DNA of 64,000 nucleotides from Spirochaetia bacterium (GCA_965198005.1 CBDAOI010000004.1:2336001-2400000); one strand, 5' to 3'; shown: positions 54,304-64,000, counted from the stretch's first letter. Made by a program: numbers and translations. The notes: generated from the letters alone by a model not told the origin.

Positions 54304-55280
54304 CTGCTAGAATCCCAGGCGGGCAAGGCAGCCTACCGGGAGCAACCTTGAGCCCCCCGCGCCGTAGAGCGCCCGGGGGGGACGTGTGCCCCGGTAGGAG
54401 TGCCGCGATGGATACCCAGTGAGGAGCTTCCCACCGGGCGGGGCCCGGCGTGGTCATGTAAGAAACTGTTGTTTCTTAGGAGTAGTGCCAGGTGGGAAGG
54501 TGCCAGGAGCACCGGAGCACCGGAGCACCAGTACAGGGGTGGAACGACATCGTGGCAGCCGAGCTCCACAATCTCTGGAGGTGACAGGATGTCAACCGAA
54601 CAGACCGAACAGACCGAACAGTGGTTCGTGGGTATCGATTGGGCGACCCAGCAACATCAGATTTGTGTGCTTGAGGATGACGGCGCGGTGGTCGCGGAAC
54701 GGCAGGTGGCCCATAGCGGCGCCGGCATCGCCGACTTGTGCGCATGGTTGCACGAGCTATCCGGCGGGCACCCGGAGCGCGTGCACGCGGGGATCGAGGT
54801 GCCGCATGGCGCGGTGGTCGAGATGCTGCTGGAGCGGGAGGTGCAGGTGTACGCGATCAATCCCAAGCAGCTGGATCGATTTCGTGACCGGTTTACGGTG
54901 GCCGGCGCCAAGGATGACCGGCGCGACGCGCGGGTGTTGGCAGACTCGCTGCGCACCGACCGACGCAGCTTTCGTCAGTTGCAGGTGCAGGCACCGCCGG
55001 TGATCGAGTTGCGGGAATGGTCGCGCCTGACTGCCGAGTTGCAGGAGGAACGCAACGGGCTGATCAATCGCATGCGCGAGCAACTGCGCCGCTACTACCC
55101 GCAGCTGATCGAGCTGGGCGGTGACCTCGGCGCGGGCTGGGTTCTGGAGTTGTGGGAGAAGGCTTCGACGCCGGCGGAGGCAGCGCGGGTCCGGAAGGCG
55201 TCGGTCGCGGCCATCCTGAAGCGCAACCGCATCCGGCGCCATGATGCTGTCAGTGTGCTGCGCATCCTGCGGCTACCGGC
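54304..55280 (+). mobile_element. IS110-family element: left non-coding end plus truncated recombinase (ATG 54589)
   Basis: FVGIDWA, GIE, KDDRRDA (DEDD RuvC-like); C-terminal domain missing; TG.TAGAAT at the left edge. Confidence 0.88.
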
Positions 55281-55712
55281 GGCATCGGCGGCTCGCGCAT
55301 CGCGCGCAGTGCCGTCATCGGCATCAGGGAGAACATGTATCTGCAGGCGGCGGAGGCGTTTGGCGCGAGCGCGACCAGGACCATCTTCCGTCACGTACTG
55401 CCCAACATCATGGCGCCCATGATCATCACCTTCACCGTGACCATTGGCGGCGTCATCATGGCCGAGGCTTCGCTGAGCTTCCTCGGTTTCGGCCTTCCCC
55501 CGAATGTCGCCACCTGGGGAGGCATGCTCAGCAACGACGGGCGCCGCTTCATGGAGTTGGCGCCATGGCTGGCCATCTGGCCGGGCCTCTCCCTGACCAT
55601 CGTGGTTTACAGTCTGAATATGCTCGGTGATGCGCTGCGAGACCTGCTCGATCCCCGGCTGAAGGGCGGTGTGGGTCGTCTGGGTGCCAATAGTCGCGCC
55701 AAGTCGGGCTAG
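55278..55712 (+). pseudogene. oppC 3' half
   Basis: GGIGGSRIARSAVIGIRE...DALRDLLDP. Confidence 0.85.
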
Positions 55713-55799
55713 TAGCTAGCTAGTAGTCGCCAGGTAACGTCGCTGTGGTACGGCTTGGGCGCTGTTGGCGGGGCATGCTCCCACGCGTATCATGGTGGC

Positions 55800-56186
55800 A
55801 TGGGTGCGTTCATGGTCGAGTGTAAGCTGTGGGATGTCGCCAAGAGCGGTCCTGAGAAGACGATCGCCGCGGTGCTGGTGGACACCGATTCGGAGTACAC
55901 CTGGCTTCCGGAGGACGTTCTCCTGGCGGCGGGCGTCACAGTCGCAAAGAAGGACCTCGCGTTCGTGATGGCCAACGGCATGACCATCACGCGAGATGTT
56001 GGCTATGCCTTCCTTTCCAGTGGGGAGTTCGAGACGGTGGACGAGGTTGTGTTCGCCCGCTCGGAAGATCTGAGTTTGCTCGGCGCCAGAACGCTGGAGG
56101 GATTCGCCGCGCGGGTGGATTCGCGCGAGAAGCGTTTGGTCGCCGCAGGGCCGATTCCTGTCGCAGGTACTGTCGCGGTCCACTGA
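55800..56186 (+). CDS. Clan AA aspartic protease-like protein (DTD in place of DTG)
   Basis: VLVDTDSEYTWLP, LLGARTLEGF. Confidence 0.75.
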   Translation: MGAFMVECKLWDVAKSGPEKTIAAVLVDTDSEYTWLPEDVLLAAGVTVAKKDLAFVMANGMTITRDVGYAFLSSGEFETVDEVVFARSEDLSLLGARTLEGFAARVDSREKRLVAAGPIPVAGTVAVH

Positions 56187-56234
56187 CTCCACCGTGGGGC
56201 GACACAAGTGTCGCGGGGGCGTGGTTTGCCGCCG

Positions 56235-56421
56235 CCGTCAGGATGGTGGTCAGGCCATGGAATCCGGCGGGCAGGCGGAACAGGCGGTTGGCGGCGCCGA
56301 ACAGGCCCTCGCGGAGCAGCATCGGCAGTGCCGCAAGGACGCCGCCGTAGGCGACCGCGGACCTATAACACGTCAACGCTTATGACACTCTGTTCCCCTG
56401 ACAGCCGCTCGCCGAGAATTG
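56235..56421 (-). mobile_element. Transposase remnant joined to the probable IS end
   Basis: GGVLAALPMLLREGL...LPAGFHGLTTIL. Confidence 0.5.
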
Positions 56422-56480
56422 CCGCGGACTGAACCGATTGTACGGGGCGTGGTATGCTGTGGTGGAATGGAGGATAGCCC

Positions 56481-57287
56481 ATGGCCAGTTCGCTGCTCGC
56501 TCCCGCCAAGGTCCACTACCCCTCATCCGACGGCCGGCCGATGGCGGAAAGCGACTTTCAGCGCACGCCGCTGACCTACGCCGTCGACCGGCTGCGATAC
56601 CACTTTCGCAACCGCCGGGACGTGTACGTCTCCGGCAACCTGTTGCTCTACTACCAGGAGGGGAATCCGCGGGCGGTAGTGGCGCCCGACGTGTTCGTGG
56701 TGCGAGGCGTGGCCAACGCCGACCGCTCCAGCTATCGGCTGTGGGAGGAGCGCAAGGTGCCTGACTTCGTGCTGGAGATTACCTCGCGCACGACGCACCG
56801 CGAGGACCAGGGACGCAAGCGCGAGTTGTACCGTGCGCTTGGGGTGCGGGAGTACTGGCAGTACGACCCGACGGGCGACTATCTGGAGCCTCCGCTGCAG
56901 GGATTGGAGTTGCGCGCGGGGGAGTACCGGCGGCTGCCGGGGCGGGAGTTGGCGGACGGCACGCTGGCGCTGGCGAGCGGCGTGCTGGGGCTGGAGTTGC
57001 GGCTGACGGAGCGGGGGCTGCGGTTCCACGATCCGGACACCGGGCAGGACCTGCCGAACCTTGGGGAGACCGACGAGGCGCGGGAGCGCGAGCGGCAGGC
57101 GCGGGAGCGCGAGCAGCAGGCGCGGGAGCGCGAGCAGCAGGCGCGGCAAGCGGCGGAGACGCGCCTCGCGCAGGAAGCGGCAGCCCGCGCAGCCGCGGAA
57201 GCACGGGTAGCGGAGCTGGAGGCGGTGTTGCGCCGGGAGCGCGGTAGCGATTCCGGTCAGGACGGCAATCCAGCGGCACCTCGGTAG
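56481..57287 (+). CDS. Uma2-family endonuclease with a coiled-coil tail
   Basis: YPSSDGRPMAES, VAPDVFV, PDFVLEITS, GVREYW.YDP. Confidence 0.9.
   Translation: MASSLLAPAKVHYPSSDGRPMAESDFQRTPLTYAVDRLRYHFRNRRDVYVSGNLLLYYQEGNPRAVVAPDVFVVRGVANADRSSYRLWEERKVPDFVLEITSRTTHREDQGRKRELYRALGVREYWQYDPTGDYLEPPLQGLELRAGEYRRLPGRELADGTLALASGVLGLELRLTERGLRFHDPDTGQDLPNLGETDEARERERQAREREQQAREREQQARQAAETRLAQEAAARAAAEARVAELEAVLRRERGSDSGQDGNPAAPR
57076..57146. repeat. 21-bp coding tandem repeat (AREREQQ)
   Basis: AGGCGCGGGAGCGCGAGC[G/A]GC x3 plus a partial unit. Confidence 0.88.
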
Positions 57288-57321
57288 GTGGTAGGGTGTG
57301 GTCGGGTAAGCACCGTTCTGG

Positions 57322-57986
57322 TTGACCCGTGTCACGGGTCCGTGCTACGGTCACACTGTAGAGCCATGAGCTGTCAGATTTCTTCGACTTCTTCGACGCA
57401 GGTGATTGCCCCGAGTCGCGGGTCCGTGCTACAGTCGCACGGTAGAGCCATGGACGGTCCCTGTAGCGCCCACAACAAGTTAGCGCTTATGCCTGTACCC
57501 CCCCCCCCCCCCGACTTTTCGAACCGAGAAACAACTAACCGCTCCGGCTGATCGCCCTGTACGCGACCGCGCGCGCGCCGTCGCCTTCACCACCGCCGTA
57601 GCTATCGGTGGCGCCGGCTCGGTCCATCGCCGAACCGGCATGCGGGCCGCTCGCGCCGTTCCCAGCGGCCGCAACGGTCCCGGATCCCCGCCCGCGACCG
57701 ACTGCCAGCAAAACCCACCGCCGACGTTGCCGGTCATTCGGACTCGCTGCTTCGCCGACTACGACCCCGCGTGGCGTTGTGACGTGAGGAAGAAGAGGAG
57801 GTGAAGATGATACTGAAAGAACCGCACCCGCGCGCGGCGTGAGCCCGGGTGAATCCGTTGAGTCACACGCCGCGCGCTTTTAGTGAATTTGACTCAGACT
57901 GGCCGTCCGCGTTGCGGGCGTGAGAGTAGCCAGGGAGCGGCAAGTCGCTCCGCAATACTCTCAAAATCCAAGCAAGGATACTAACG
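57322..57986 (+). promoter_or_regulatory. Complete SBP leader with a duplicated promoter-like unit
   Basis: 47-bp repeats 57322-57368 and 57406-57452; CTGTA-C15; AACAACTAACCGCTCCGGC; uORF2; TGAGAGTA/TACTCTCA. Confidence 0.75.
57807..57842 (+). CDS. Leader micro-peptide MILKEPHPRAA
   Basis: GGAGGTGAAG-ATG. Confidence 0.65.
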   Translation: MILKEPHPRAA

Positions 57987-59795
57987 ATGACGAAAATCCT
58001 ATTTCGAATGACCTTCGCGATTGCGTTGGTCCTGGTCATGGCCGCAACCGGCCTGTGGGCCGGCGGCGCAGAAGAGGCACCGGCAGCCGCTGCCGACAAG
58101 GAGATGGTGACCGATCCCACCACCGGAAAGGTGGTGGTGGCACCACGGTACGGCGGGACAATAACCTACGCCCTATCAACAGACCTTCCGGGACCTGACA
58201 CCGTGCTCACTGGTGGAGCGGCGGCTCACTCCGCCGGTCCCGTTGTAGAGAAGCTGGGCGCCGCGGACTGGGCAGCTCCCAGGGACAAGTTTTCCTTCAA
58301 CATCTATGAACTCAATATTCCTGCTAACACGAAAGGGGTGCTGGCGGAAAGCTGGTCGCAACCCGACCCACTGACGTATATCATCAAAGTCCGCCAGGGC
58401 GTCCATTGGCATGATAAGGCACCGATGAACGGCCGGGAGCTGACTGCCCAGGATGTCGAGTACAACTTTCACCGTATGGTGGGTATAGGTAGCGGTTTCA
58501 CCGAAAAAAGCCCTATGGCTTATAGCTTCCAAGCTGGGGAATTCGAATCGATAACGGCCACCGACCAGTCGACGGTTGTTTTTAAGATGAACAAGCCCCG
58601 CCTCAGTGCGCTGGCTTCTATCCTCGACGACTGGTCTGCCTGGATATATCCCCCCGAGGTGATCAAGGAACACGGGGATGTTTCGGATTGGAGAAACCTG
58701 GTCGGAACCGGACCCATGATGATGACTGACTGGACCAAAGGCAGCTCTCGCACCTATGAGAGGAATCCTGACTACTGGGGATACGACGAGAAATACCCGG
58801 AGAACCGTCTGCCCTATATTGACCGGCTGAGGGGCCTGGTTATGCCCGAAGTCGCGACACGCACGGCTGCACTGCGCACGGGTCAGGTTGATTATGTAGG
58901 TGCGCTCGGCCTAACTTCATTGAGGAATCTCGACCAGGTAGAGAGCCTCCAGCGCACCAACCCCGAAATCGTGATATCGTCGTATACTTTTCGGAATGAT
59001 GGTGCTGTTAGCTTGAACGTTCAGATAGAGTCCTTTGACGACATCAGAGTGCGCAAGGCCATGCAGATGGCAATAAACATCGAAGAAATTAACAATTCCT
59101 ACTTTGGAGGTTTGGGAGATACGACACCTCAGGGGAAGATAAGCAGGTCTTATGCAGGGGTTGTCACCCAATTCGAAGATTGGCCCGAAGATGTCAAGAA
59201 GGTCTTTGATTACGACCCGGAAGGTGCCGAAGCGTTGCTTGATGAGGCCGGATATCCTCGCGGCGCCGACGGTATCAGATTCAAGACCAAGTTCTTGCAT
59301 CTCGAGCGGTACGATTTGAACTATACACAATTGATCACTTCATACTGGAACGAGATTGGCATCGATGTAGTAGACATTGAAGTATTGCCATTTGCTGGCT
59401 TTGCCGCGAAAAGAACTGACAAGGATCACGAAATGATCAGTAGCGAGTTGGCCAACTATGGGGATCCCATAAGCTACATGAGGTCCTATTCGAATCACCC
59501 GAGCAACCCATATGGGGCGGATTCCAATGTCAACGACCCTGTTTATGACGCCATGCTTGAGGCTGCCGAAGCCGCTACCACTATTGAGGAGCAGCACAGG
59601 TTAGTTCGAGAGTTGAATCAATATGGGATTGAGAAGTTCTGGATGATATGGACTCCTAATGGTCCACAATTCAACGCGATCAAACCGTGGATCATGGGTT
59701 TCAACAACGAAAACTGGATGGGTAACGGTCAAGTCCTGGTAGTGTTCACCCGCCTGTGGATTGACCAGGATCTGAAGACGGAAATGGGCTATTAG
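57987..59795 (+). CDS. Family-5 ABC substrate-binding protein, intact
   Basis: Signal peptide AATGLWA, conserved SBP blocks, 602 aa. Confidence 0.92.
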   Translation: MTKILFRMTFAIALVLVMAATGLWAGGAEEAPAAAADKEMVTDPTTGKVVVAPRYGGTITYALSTDLPGPDTVLTGGAAAHSAGPVVEKLGAADWAAPRDKFSFNIYELNIPANTKGVLAESWSQPDPLTYIIKVRQGVHWHDKAPMNGRELTAQDVEYNFHRMVGIGSGFTEKSPMAYSFQAGEFESITATDQSTVVFKMNKPRLSALASILDDWSAWIYPPEVIKEHGDVSDWRNLVGTGPMMMTDWTKGSSRTYERNPDYWGYDEKYPENRLPYIDRLRGLVMPEVATRTAALRTGQVDYVGALGLTSLRNLDQVESLQRTNPEIVISSYTFRNDGAVSLNVQIESFDDIRVRKAMQMAINIEEINNSYFGGLGDTTPQGKISRSYAGVVTQFEDWPEDVKKVFDYDPEGAEALLDEAGYPRGADGIRFKTKFLHLERYDLNYTQLITSYWNEIGIDVVDIEVLPFAGFAAKRTDKDHEMISSELANYGDPISYMRSYSNHPSNPYGADSNVNDPVYDAMLEAAEAATTIEEQHRLVRELNQYGIEKFWMIWTPNGPQFNAIKPWIMGFNNENWMGNGQVLVVFTRLWIDQDLKTEMGY

Positions 59796-59893
59796 GGAAT
59801 TCTTCCCTTCTGATCTCAGATTGAGTGGAGCTGGGATGGTTTGCGCTTCCGAGCGCGCTTCCCGGCTCCCATTTCATTGCGTAAGGTGTCCGC

Positions 59894-60853
59894 ATGAAAG
59901 CCTATATCATTAGGCGGTTGTTGCTGATCGTGCCGACACTGTTCATTTTGAGCATCCTGGTCTTTCTCTCGGTACGCTTCATCCCCGGCGATGTCATCGA
60001 CGTCATGATCGGCAGGATGGCATTCTATGTGCAATTTGATGTAGACCGTGAAGCTCTCGAGCGTACGCTGGGGTTGGACGTGCCTGTCTACGTGCAGTAT
60101 GGACGCTGGATAGGAGATATCTTCAGGCACGGTACGCTTGGCGAATCCCTGTTTACCAGAGAATTGGTGGAACAGGCGATATTAGAGAGACTGCCGGTCA
60201 CCCTTGAGCTCGGTTTCATGGCAATCTTCATCGGGCTGGTGATCGCGTTGCCGGTGGGCATCTACTCGGCGATGCGCCAGGATACGGTCGCCGACTTCCT
60301 GGGGCGCTCTGTTGCCATCATCGGCCTGGCCACGCCCAACTTCTGGCTGGGCATCATGGTCATGATCTACCCGGCCATCTGGTGGGGCTGGGCGCCGCCG
60401 CTGGAGCTGGTTGCTTTTCCGGAAGACCCGCTGGGCAATCTGGCGGTGTTCATCATTCCCAGCCTGATTCTGGGCACCGCCTCGGCTGCCGCCACCATGC
60501 GGATGACGCGCACCATGATGCTGGAGGTGCTGAGGCAGGACTATATCCGCACCGCCTGGGCCAAGGGTCTCAAGGAGCGGGCCGTGGTAATCCGACACGC
60601 CGTCAAGAACGCACTCATCCCGGTGGTGACCCTGATCGGCCTGCAGTTGCCGATTCTGGTGGGGGGCGCCGTGATCATGGAGAACATCTTCAACCTGCCG
60701 GGCCTCGGCCGTCTCTTGCTGACTGCCCTCAATGAGAGAGACTACCCGATGGTCTCCGGCATCAACCTGTTCTTCGCCACTGGGGTAGTGGGGATCAATC
60801 TGCTCATCGACCTGGTCTACGCTGTCCTGGACCCCAGGGTCCGCTATGACTGA
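59894..60853 (+). CDS. OppB/DppB-like permease
   Basis: Intact paralog. Confidence 0.92.
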   Translation: MKAYIIRRLLLIVPTLFILSILVFLSVRFIPGDVIDVMIGRMAFYVQFDVDREALERTLGLDVPVYVQYGRWIGDIFRHGTLGESLFTRELVEQAILERLPVTLELGFMAIFIGLVIALPVGIYSAMRQDTVADFLGRSVAIIGLATPNFWLGIMVMIYPAIWWGWAPPLELVAFPEDPLGNLAVFIIPSLILGTASAAATMRMTRTMMLEVLRQDYIRTAWAKGLKERAVVIRHAVKNALIPVVTLIGLQLPILVGGAVIMENIFNLPGLGRLLLTALNERDYPMVSGINLFFATGVVGINLLIDLVYAVLDPRVRYD

Positions 60854-60914
60854 TTTCTTTCGCAGGCTGGTGAAAGAGAAGCCACTGAGCATCATCGCCG
60901 GGGTCGGCGGCAGC
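60846..60914 (+). pseudogene. oppC stub
   Basis: MTDFFRRLVKEKPL then IIAGVGGS (mid-gene), then PIN antisense. Confidence 0.7.
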
Positions 60915-61190
60915 GACATGGAGAATGTCCAGCGACCGGCAGCCAGTGGTCGGCGTGCGCAAGGTCAGCTCGATCGCACGCTCGTGCAGTGCAACCGGGT
61001 CGAGAAAGGGCACGTGATACTGGCCGGCGCGCTTGCGTGTGCGATAGGTGGACAGGAGACCGTCCACCTCCTGCTCGGTCAGCTCATCGATGAACACCTT
61101 GAACCGCAACGCGTTGTACAGTTCCAACTCGAGCACACTCCAGACCGGCAGCGGCTCCCGCTGGGAGACCACCGCTTCTACCCGTCGGTG
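60906..61190 (-). pseudogene. PIN toxin internal fragment
   Basis: LELELYNALR...GCRSLDILHVAAA. Confidence 0.75.
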
Positions 61191-61333
61191 GCCAAGGCCG
61201 CGGGGGTGAGCCGGCCAGCGAATTGGTCCATCAGGTTGTCGGTTGTCGATTCGCGGTGGCATCTTCAGGTCGGGTGCGGTCACCGCAATAATGCGCGGCG
61301 CGTGGCGGCGTGCTACCCTTGGAGCAGACGCCG

Positions 61334-62920
61334 ATGGCAGTGCGCTTCTCCCTCGAACAGTACGGCATCCACGTCGCCCGGATCGTCCGCAACCCGGCGC
61401 CGGCGCTGCTCTACGAGTCCGCGTTGCAGAACGAGCACGGCACCGCGATCGCGGCCAGCGGCGCGCTGGTGGCGATGAGCGGCGCGCGCACCGGCCGCAG
61501 CCCCGCGGACAAGCGGATCGTGGCCGAACCCGCCACCGAGCGCGACATCTGGTGGGGCGACGTCAACATCAAGCTGGACGAGCATACGTTCGAGATCAAT
61601 CGCGAACGCGCCATCGACTATCTGAACACGCGCGAACTGGTGTACGTGATCGACGGCTTCGCCGGCTGGGACCCGGCCCACCGGATCAAGGTGCGGGTGG
61701 TGTGCGCGCGCGCCTATCACGCGCTGTTCATGCACAACATGCTGATCCGGCCGCGGCCGCACCAGTTGGCGCGGTTCGGCGAGCCCGATCTGCTGATCAT
61801 CAACGCCGGCGCGTTTCCCGCCAACCGCTACACCACCGGCATGACCTCCACCACCTCGATCGACGTCAACCTGGCGCGAGGCGAGCTGGTCATTCTCGGC
61901 ACCGAATACGCCGGCGAGATGAAGAAGGGGCTGTTCACGATCATGAACTACCTGATGCCCAAGGCGGGCATCCTCTCCATGCACTGCTCGGCCACCTGCG
62001 ACAGCCGCGGCGGGTCGGCGATCCTGTTCGGGCTGTCGGGCACCGGCAAGACCACTCTCAGCCACGACCCCAAGCGCCGCCTGGTCGGCGACGACGAGCA
62101 CTGCTGGAGCGACCGCGGCATCTTCAATCTCGAGGGCGGCTGCTACGCCAAGGTGATCCAGCTCGACGAGGAAGCCGAACCGGTCATCTACCGCGCGCTG
62201 CGGTTCGGGGCGGTCCTGGAGAACGTGGCCTACGACCCGCGCACGCGGGAGGTGGCGTTCGGCGACGGCAGCCTGACCGAGAACACGCGCGGCGCCTATC
62301 CGATCGAGTACATCCCGCAGGCCAGCGTGCCGTGCGTGGCGGGCCACCCGCGCCACGTGGTGTTTCTGGCCTGTGACGCGTTCGGGGTGCTGCCGCCGGT
62401 GGCGCGCCTGACCCCGGCGCAGGCGGAGTACCACTTCCTCAGCGGCTACAGCGCCAAGGTGGCGGGTACCGAGGTGGGGGTCACCGAGCCGCAGGCCACC
62501 TTCTCCCCCTGCTTCGGCGGCCCGTTCCTGGTCTGGCATCCCACCGTGTACAGCCGCCTGCTGAGCGACCGGCTGCGCCGCCACGGCAGCCAGGCGTGGC
62601 TGGTCAACACCGGCTGGGCCGGCGGCCCCGCAGGCCGCACCGACCGGATTCCGCTGGCCTGGACGCGGGCCATCCTGGACGCGATCTACGCCGGGTCCCT
62701 GACCGGCGTGGCGGCCGAACGCGACCCGGTCTTCGGGCTGGACGTGCCCCGCGCCTGTCCCGGCGTGCCGGCGCGCGTACTGCTGCCGCGCGCGGCGTGG
62801 AGCAACCCGGCGGCGTACGACACCGCCGCGGCGCGGTTGGCGCGGCTGTTCCGGGACAATTTCACGCGCTACGCGGCGGCCGGCACGGGGCACGCGGCGA
62901 CCGCGGCGGCGCGCGCCTGA
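61334..62920 (+). CDS. pckA: Phosphoenolpyruvate carboxykinase (ATP)
   Basis: TGRSP.DK, YAGEMKK, MHCS, GLSGTGKTTLS, GDDEH, EGGCYAK, ENTR. Confidence 0.95.
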   Translation: MAVRFSLEQYGIHVARIVRNPAPALLYESALQNEHGTAIAASGALVAMSGARTGRSPADKRIVAEPATERDIWWGDVNIKLDEHTFEINRERAIDYLNTRELVYVIDGFAGWDPAHRIKVRVVCARAYHALFMHNMLIRPRPHQLARFGEPDLLIINAGAFPANRYTTGMTSTTSIDVNLARGELVILGTEYAGEMKKGLFTIMNYLMPKAGILSMHCSATCDSRGGSAILFGLSGTGKTTLSHDPKRRLVGDDEHCWSDRGIFNLEGGCYAKVIQLDEEAEPVIYRALRFGAVLENVAYDPRTREVAFGDGSLTENTRGAYPIEYIPQASVPCVAGHPRHVVFLACDAFGVLPPVARLTPAQAEYHFLSGYSAKVAGTEVGVTEPQATFSPCFGGPFLVWHPTVYSRLLSDRLRRHGSQAWLVNTGWAGGPAGRTDRIPLAWTRAILDAIYAGSLTGVAAERDPVFGLDVPRACPGVPARVLLPRAAWSNPAAYDTAAARLARLFRDNFTRYAAAGTGHAATAAARA

Positions 62921-62964
62921 CCGCGAGCTGCCGCGGCCTGACCTGACCGGGCCTGACCGCGGCC

Positions 62965-63744
62965 TTACCCGCGGCCGACGTAGGGCATCTGGTTGGCCAT
63001 CACGGTCACGAACAGGACGTTGGTGTCCAGCGGCAGATTGGCCATGTACAGCACCGTGTCCGCGACGTTCCGCACGTCCATGGTGGGTTCCACCATGCGC
63101 GTGCCGTTGGGCTGCGCCGGCCCTTCGGCGGCGCGCGCCGTCATCGGCGTCAGCGCGTTGCCGACGTCGATCTGGCCGCAGCAGATGTCGTAGGCGCGCC
63201 CGTCCAGCGAGGCGGCCCGGGTCAGCCCGGTAACCGCGTGCTTGGTCGCCGTGTAGGGCGCCGACGACGGGCGCGGCACGTGCGCGGAAATCGATCCGTT
63301 GTTGATGATGCGGCCGCCGCGCGGTTGCTGCGCCTTCATGATCGCGAACGCCTGCTGCGTGCACAGGAACGGGCCGGTGAGGTTGGTGTCGACCACCCGC
63401 TGCCAATTCTCCAGGCTGAGCTCCTCCAGCGGGACGCCGGGGGCGCCGATGCCGGCATTGTTGAACAGCACGTCCACCCGGCCGAAGGCGTCGGTCGCGG
63501 CCGTGAACAGGGCGCGCACCGACTCGGCGTCGCAGACGTCGGTGGGCACCGCCAGCGCGCGCCGGGCCGTGTCCGCGGACCCGCCGGCCTCGTGCGCGGC
63601 CATGATCGCAACCGTCTCCTGCAGGGCGTCGGCCCGCCGTCCGGCGAGCACCACGCAGTATCCGTTGGCGTGCAGGGTAACCGCCGCCGCCCGGCCGATG
63701 CCGCTGCCGGCGCCGGTCACTACCGCCACTTTGTCGTGTTCCAT
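62965..63744 (-). CDS. SDR oxidoreductase
   Basis: [17 protein letters not shown]. Confidence 0.92.
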   Translation of the reverse strand: MEHDKVAVVTGAGSGIGRAAAVTLHANGYCVVLAGRRADALQETVAIMAAHEAGGSADTARRALAVPTDVCDAESVRALFTAATDAFGRVDVLFNNAGIGAPGVPLEELSLENWQRVVDTNLTGPFLCTQQAFAIMKAQQPRGGRIINNGSISAHVPRPSSAPYTATKHAVTGLTRAASLDGRAYDICCGQIDVGNALTPMTARAAEGPAQPNGTRMVEPTMDVRNVADTVLYMANLPLDTNVLFVTVMANQMPYVGRG

Positions 63745-63778
63745 CGTTGTACAGGCTCCCTGATCTCAGTATCTGGTG

Positions 63779-64000
63779 TCAGTTGTCGAGCGGGTCCGCC
63801 GGTTCCTCTACCCGAATGAAGCGGGCCAGCTCCTGCGAGATCAGCACGGGGCCGTGTCCCCCCTCACGTTCGAGCTCGATTTCCGTGTCGCTCACCCGCA
63901 GCAGCTTGATCGCCGCGCCCGGCATCAGGCGATGACCGAGCAGCAGGTTCATCAGATCGGTGTTCTCTTCGGCCTCTTCGGTTACCCGCAGGATCGTGGT
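63779..64000 (-). CDS. Partial: probable DtxR/MntR regulator C-terminal FeoA/SH3-like domain
   Basis: ILRVTEEAEENTDLM..L....LMPG; open to the window end. Confidence 0.55.
   Translation of the reverse strand, partial: TTILRVTEEAEENTDLMNLLLGHRLMPGAAIKLLRVSDTEIELEREGGHGPVLISQELARFIRVEEPADPLDN

Noticed and set aside
56450-57304. Imperfect direct repeat around the Uma2 gene (GTGGTA.G.TGTGGT.G)
   Set aside because: 14/17 match in low-complexity GT-rich sequence that overlaps the promoter; not convincing as a target duplication

Overview
High-GC bacterial DNA. The SBP N-termini (TATGLWA-G--E) suggest Spirochaetia, but this is inference only. Intact, very GC-rich housekeeping blocks (about 24.6-32.7, 33.8-37.5 and 61.3-64 kb: pcm, glycerate kinase, SLT, ftsH, IlvD/Edd dehydratase, pckA, SDRs) alternate with accessory blocks. 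The accessory blocks hold at least 7 paralogous Opp/Dpp-family cassettes (substrate-binding protein [SBP] plus two permeases, with no ABC ATPase), interleaved with about 8 toxin-antitoxin modules, AAA/PD-(D/E)XK nuclease genes, clan-AA aspartic proteases and IS remnants. Many accessory genes are fused fragments. The main unexplained signal is a conserved, multi-part 0.5-0.8 kb leader in front of the SBP genes. In order it contains: a sigma70 promoter, a small ORF with a [S/C]HRL..TQP..TPP motif, a poly-C/CTGTAC tract, an AAC..CTAACCG box, a strong SD with an 11-codon micro-ORF M[IL]LKEP[HY][AP]RAA* whose stop lies inside a hairpin, and a covarying GAGAGT...ACTCTC stem next to the SBP RBS. Also notable are an ATPase gene inserted with a 33-bp direct repeat and no recombinase, and a paralog pair with near-identical permeases but diverged SBPs. 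All calls are from reading motifs by eye; no database searches were run. Assembly or read error cannot be excluded for the fragmentation.
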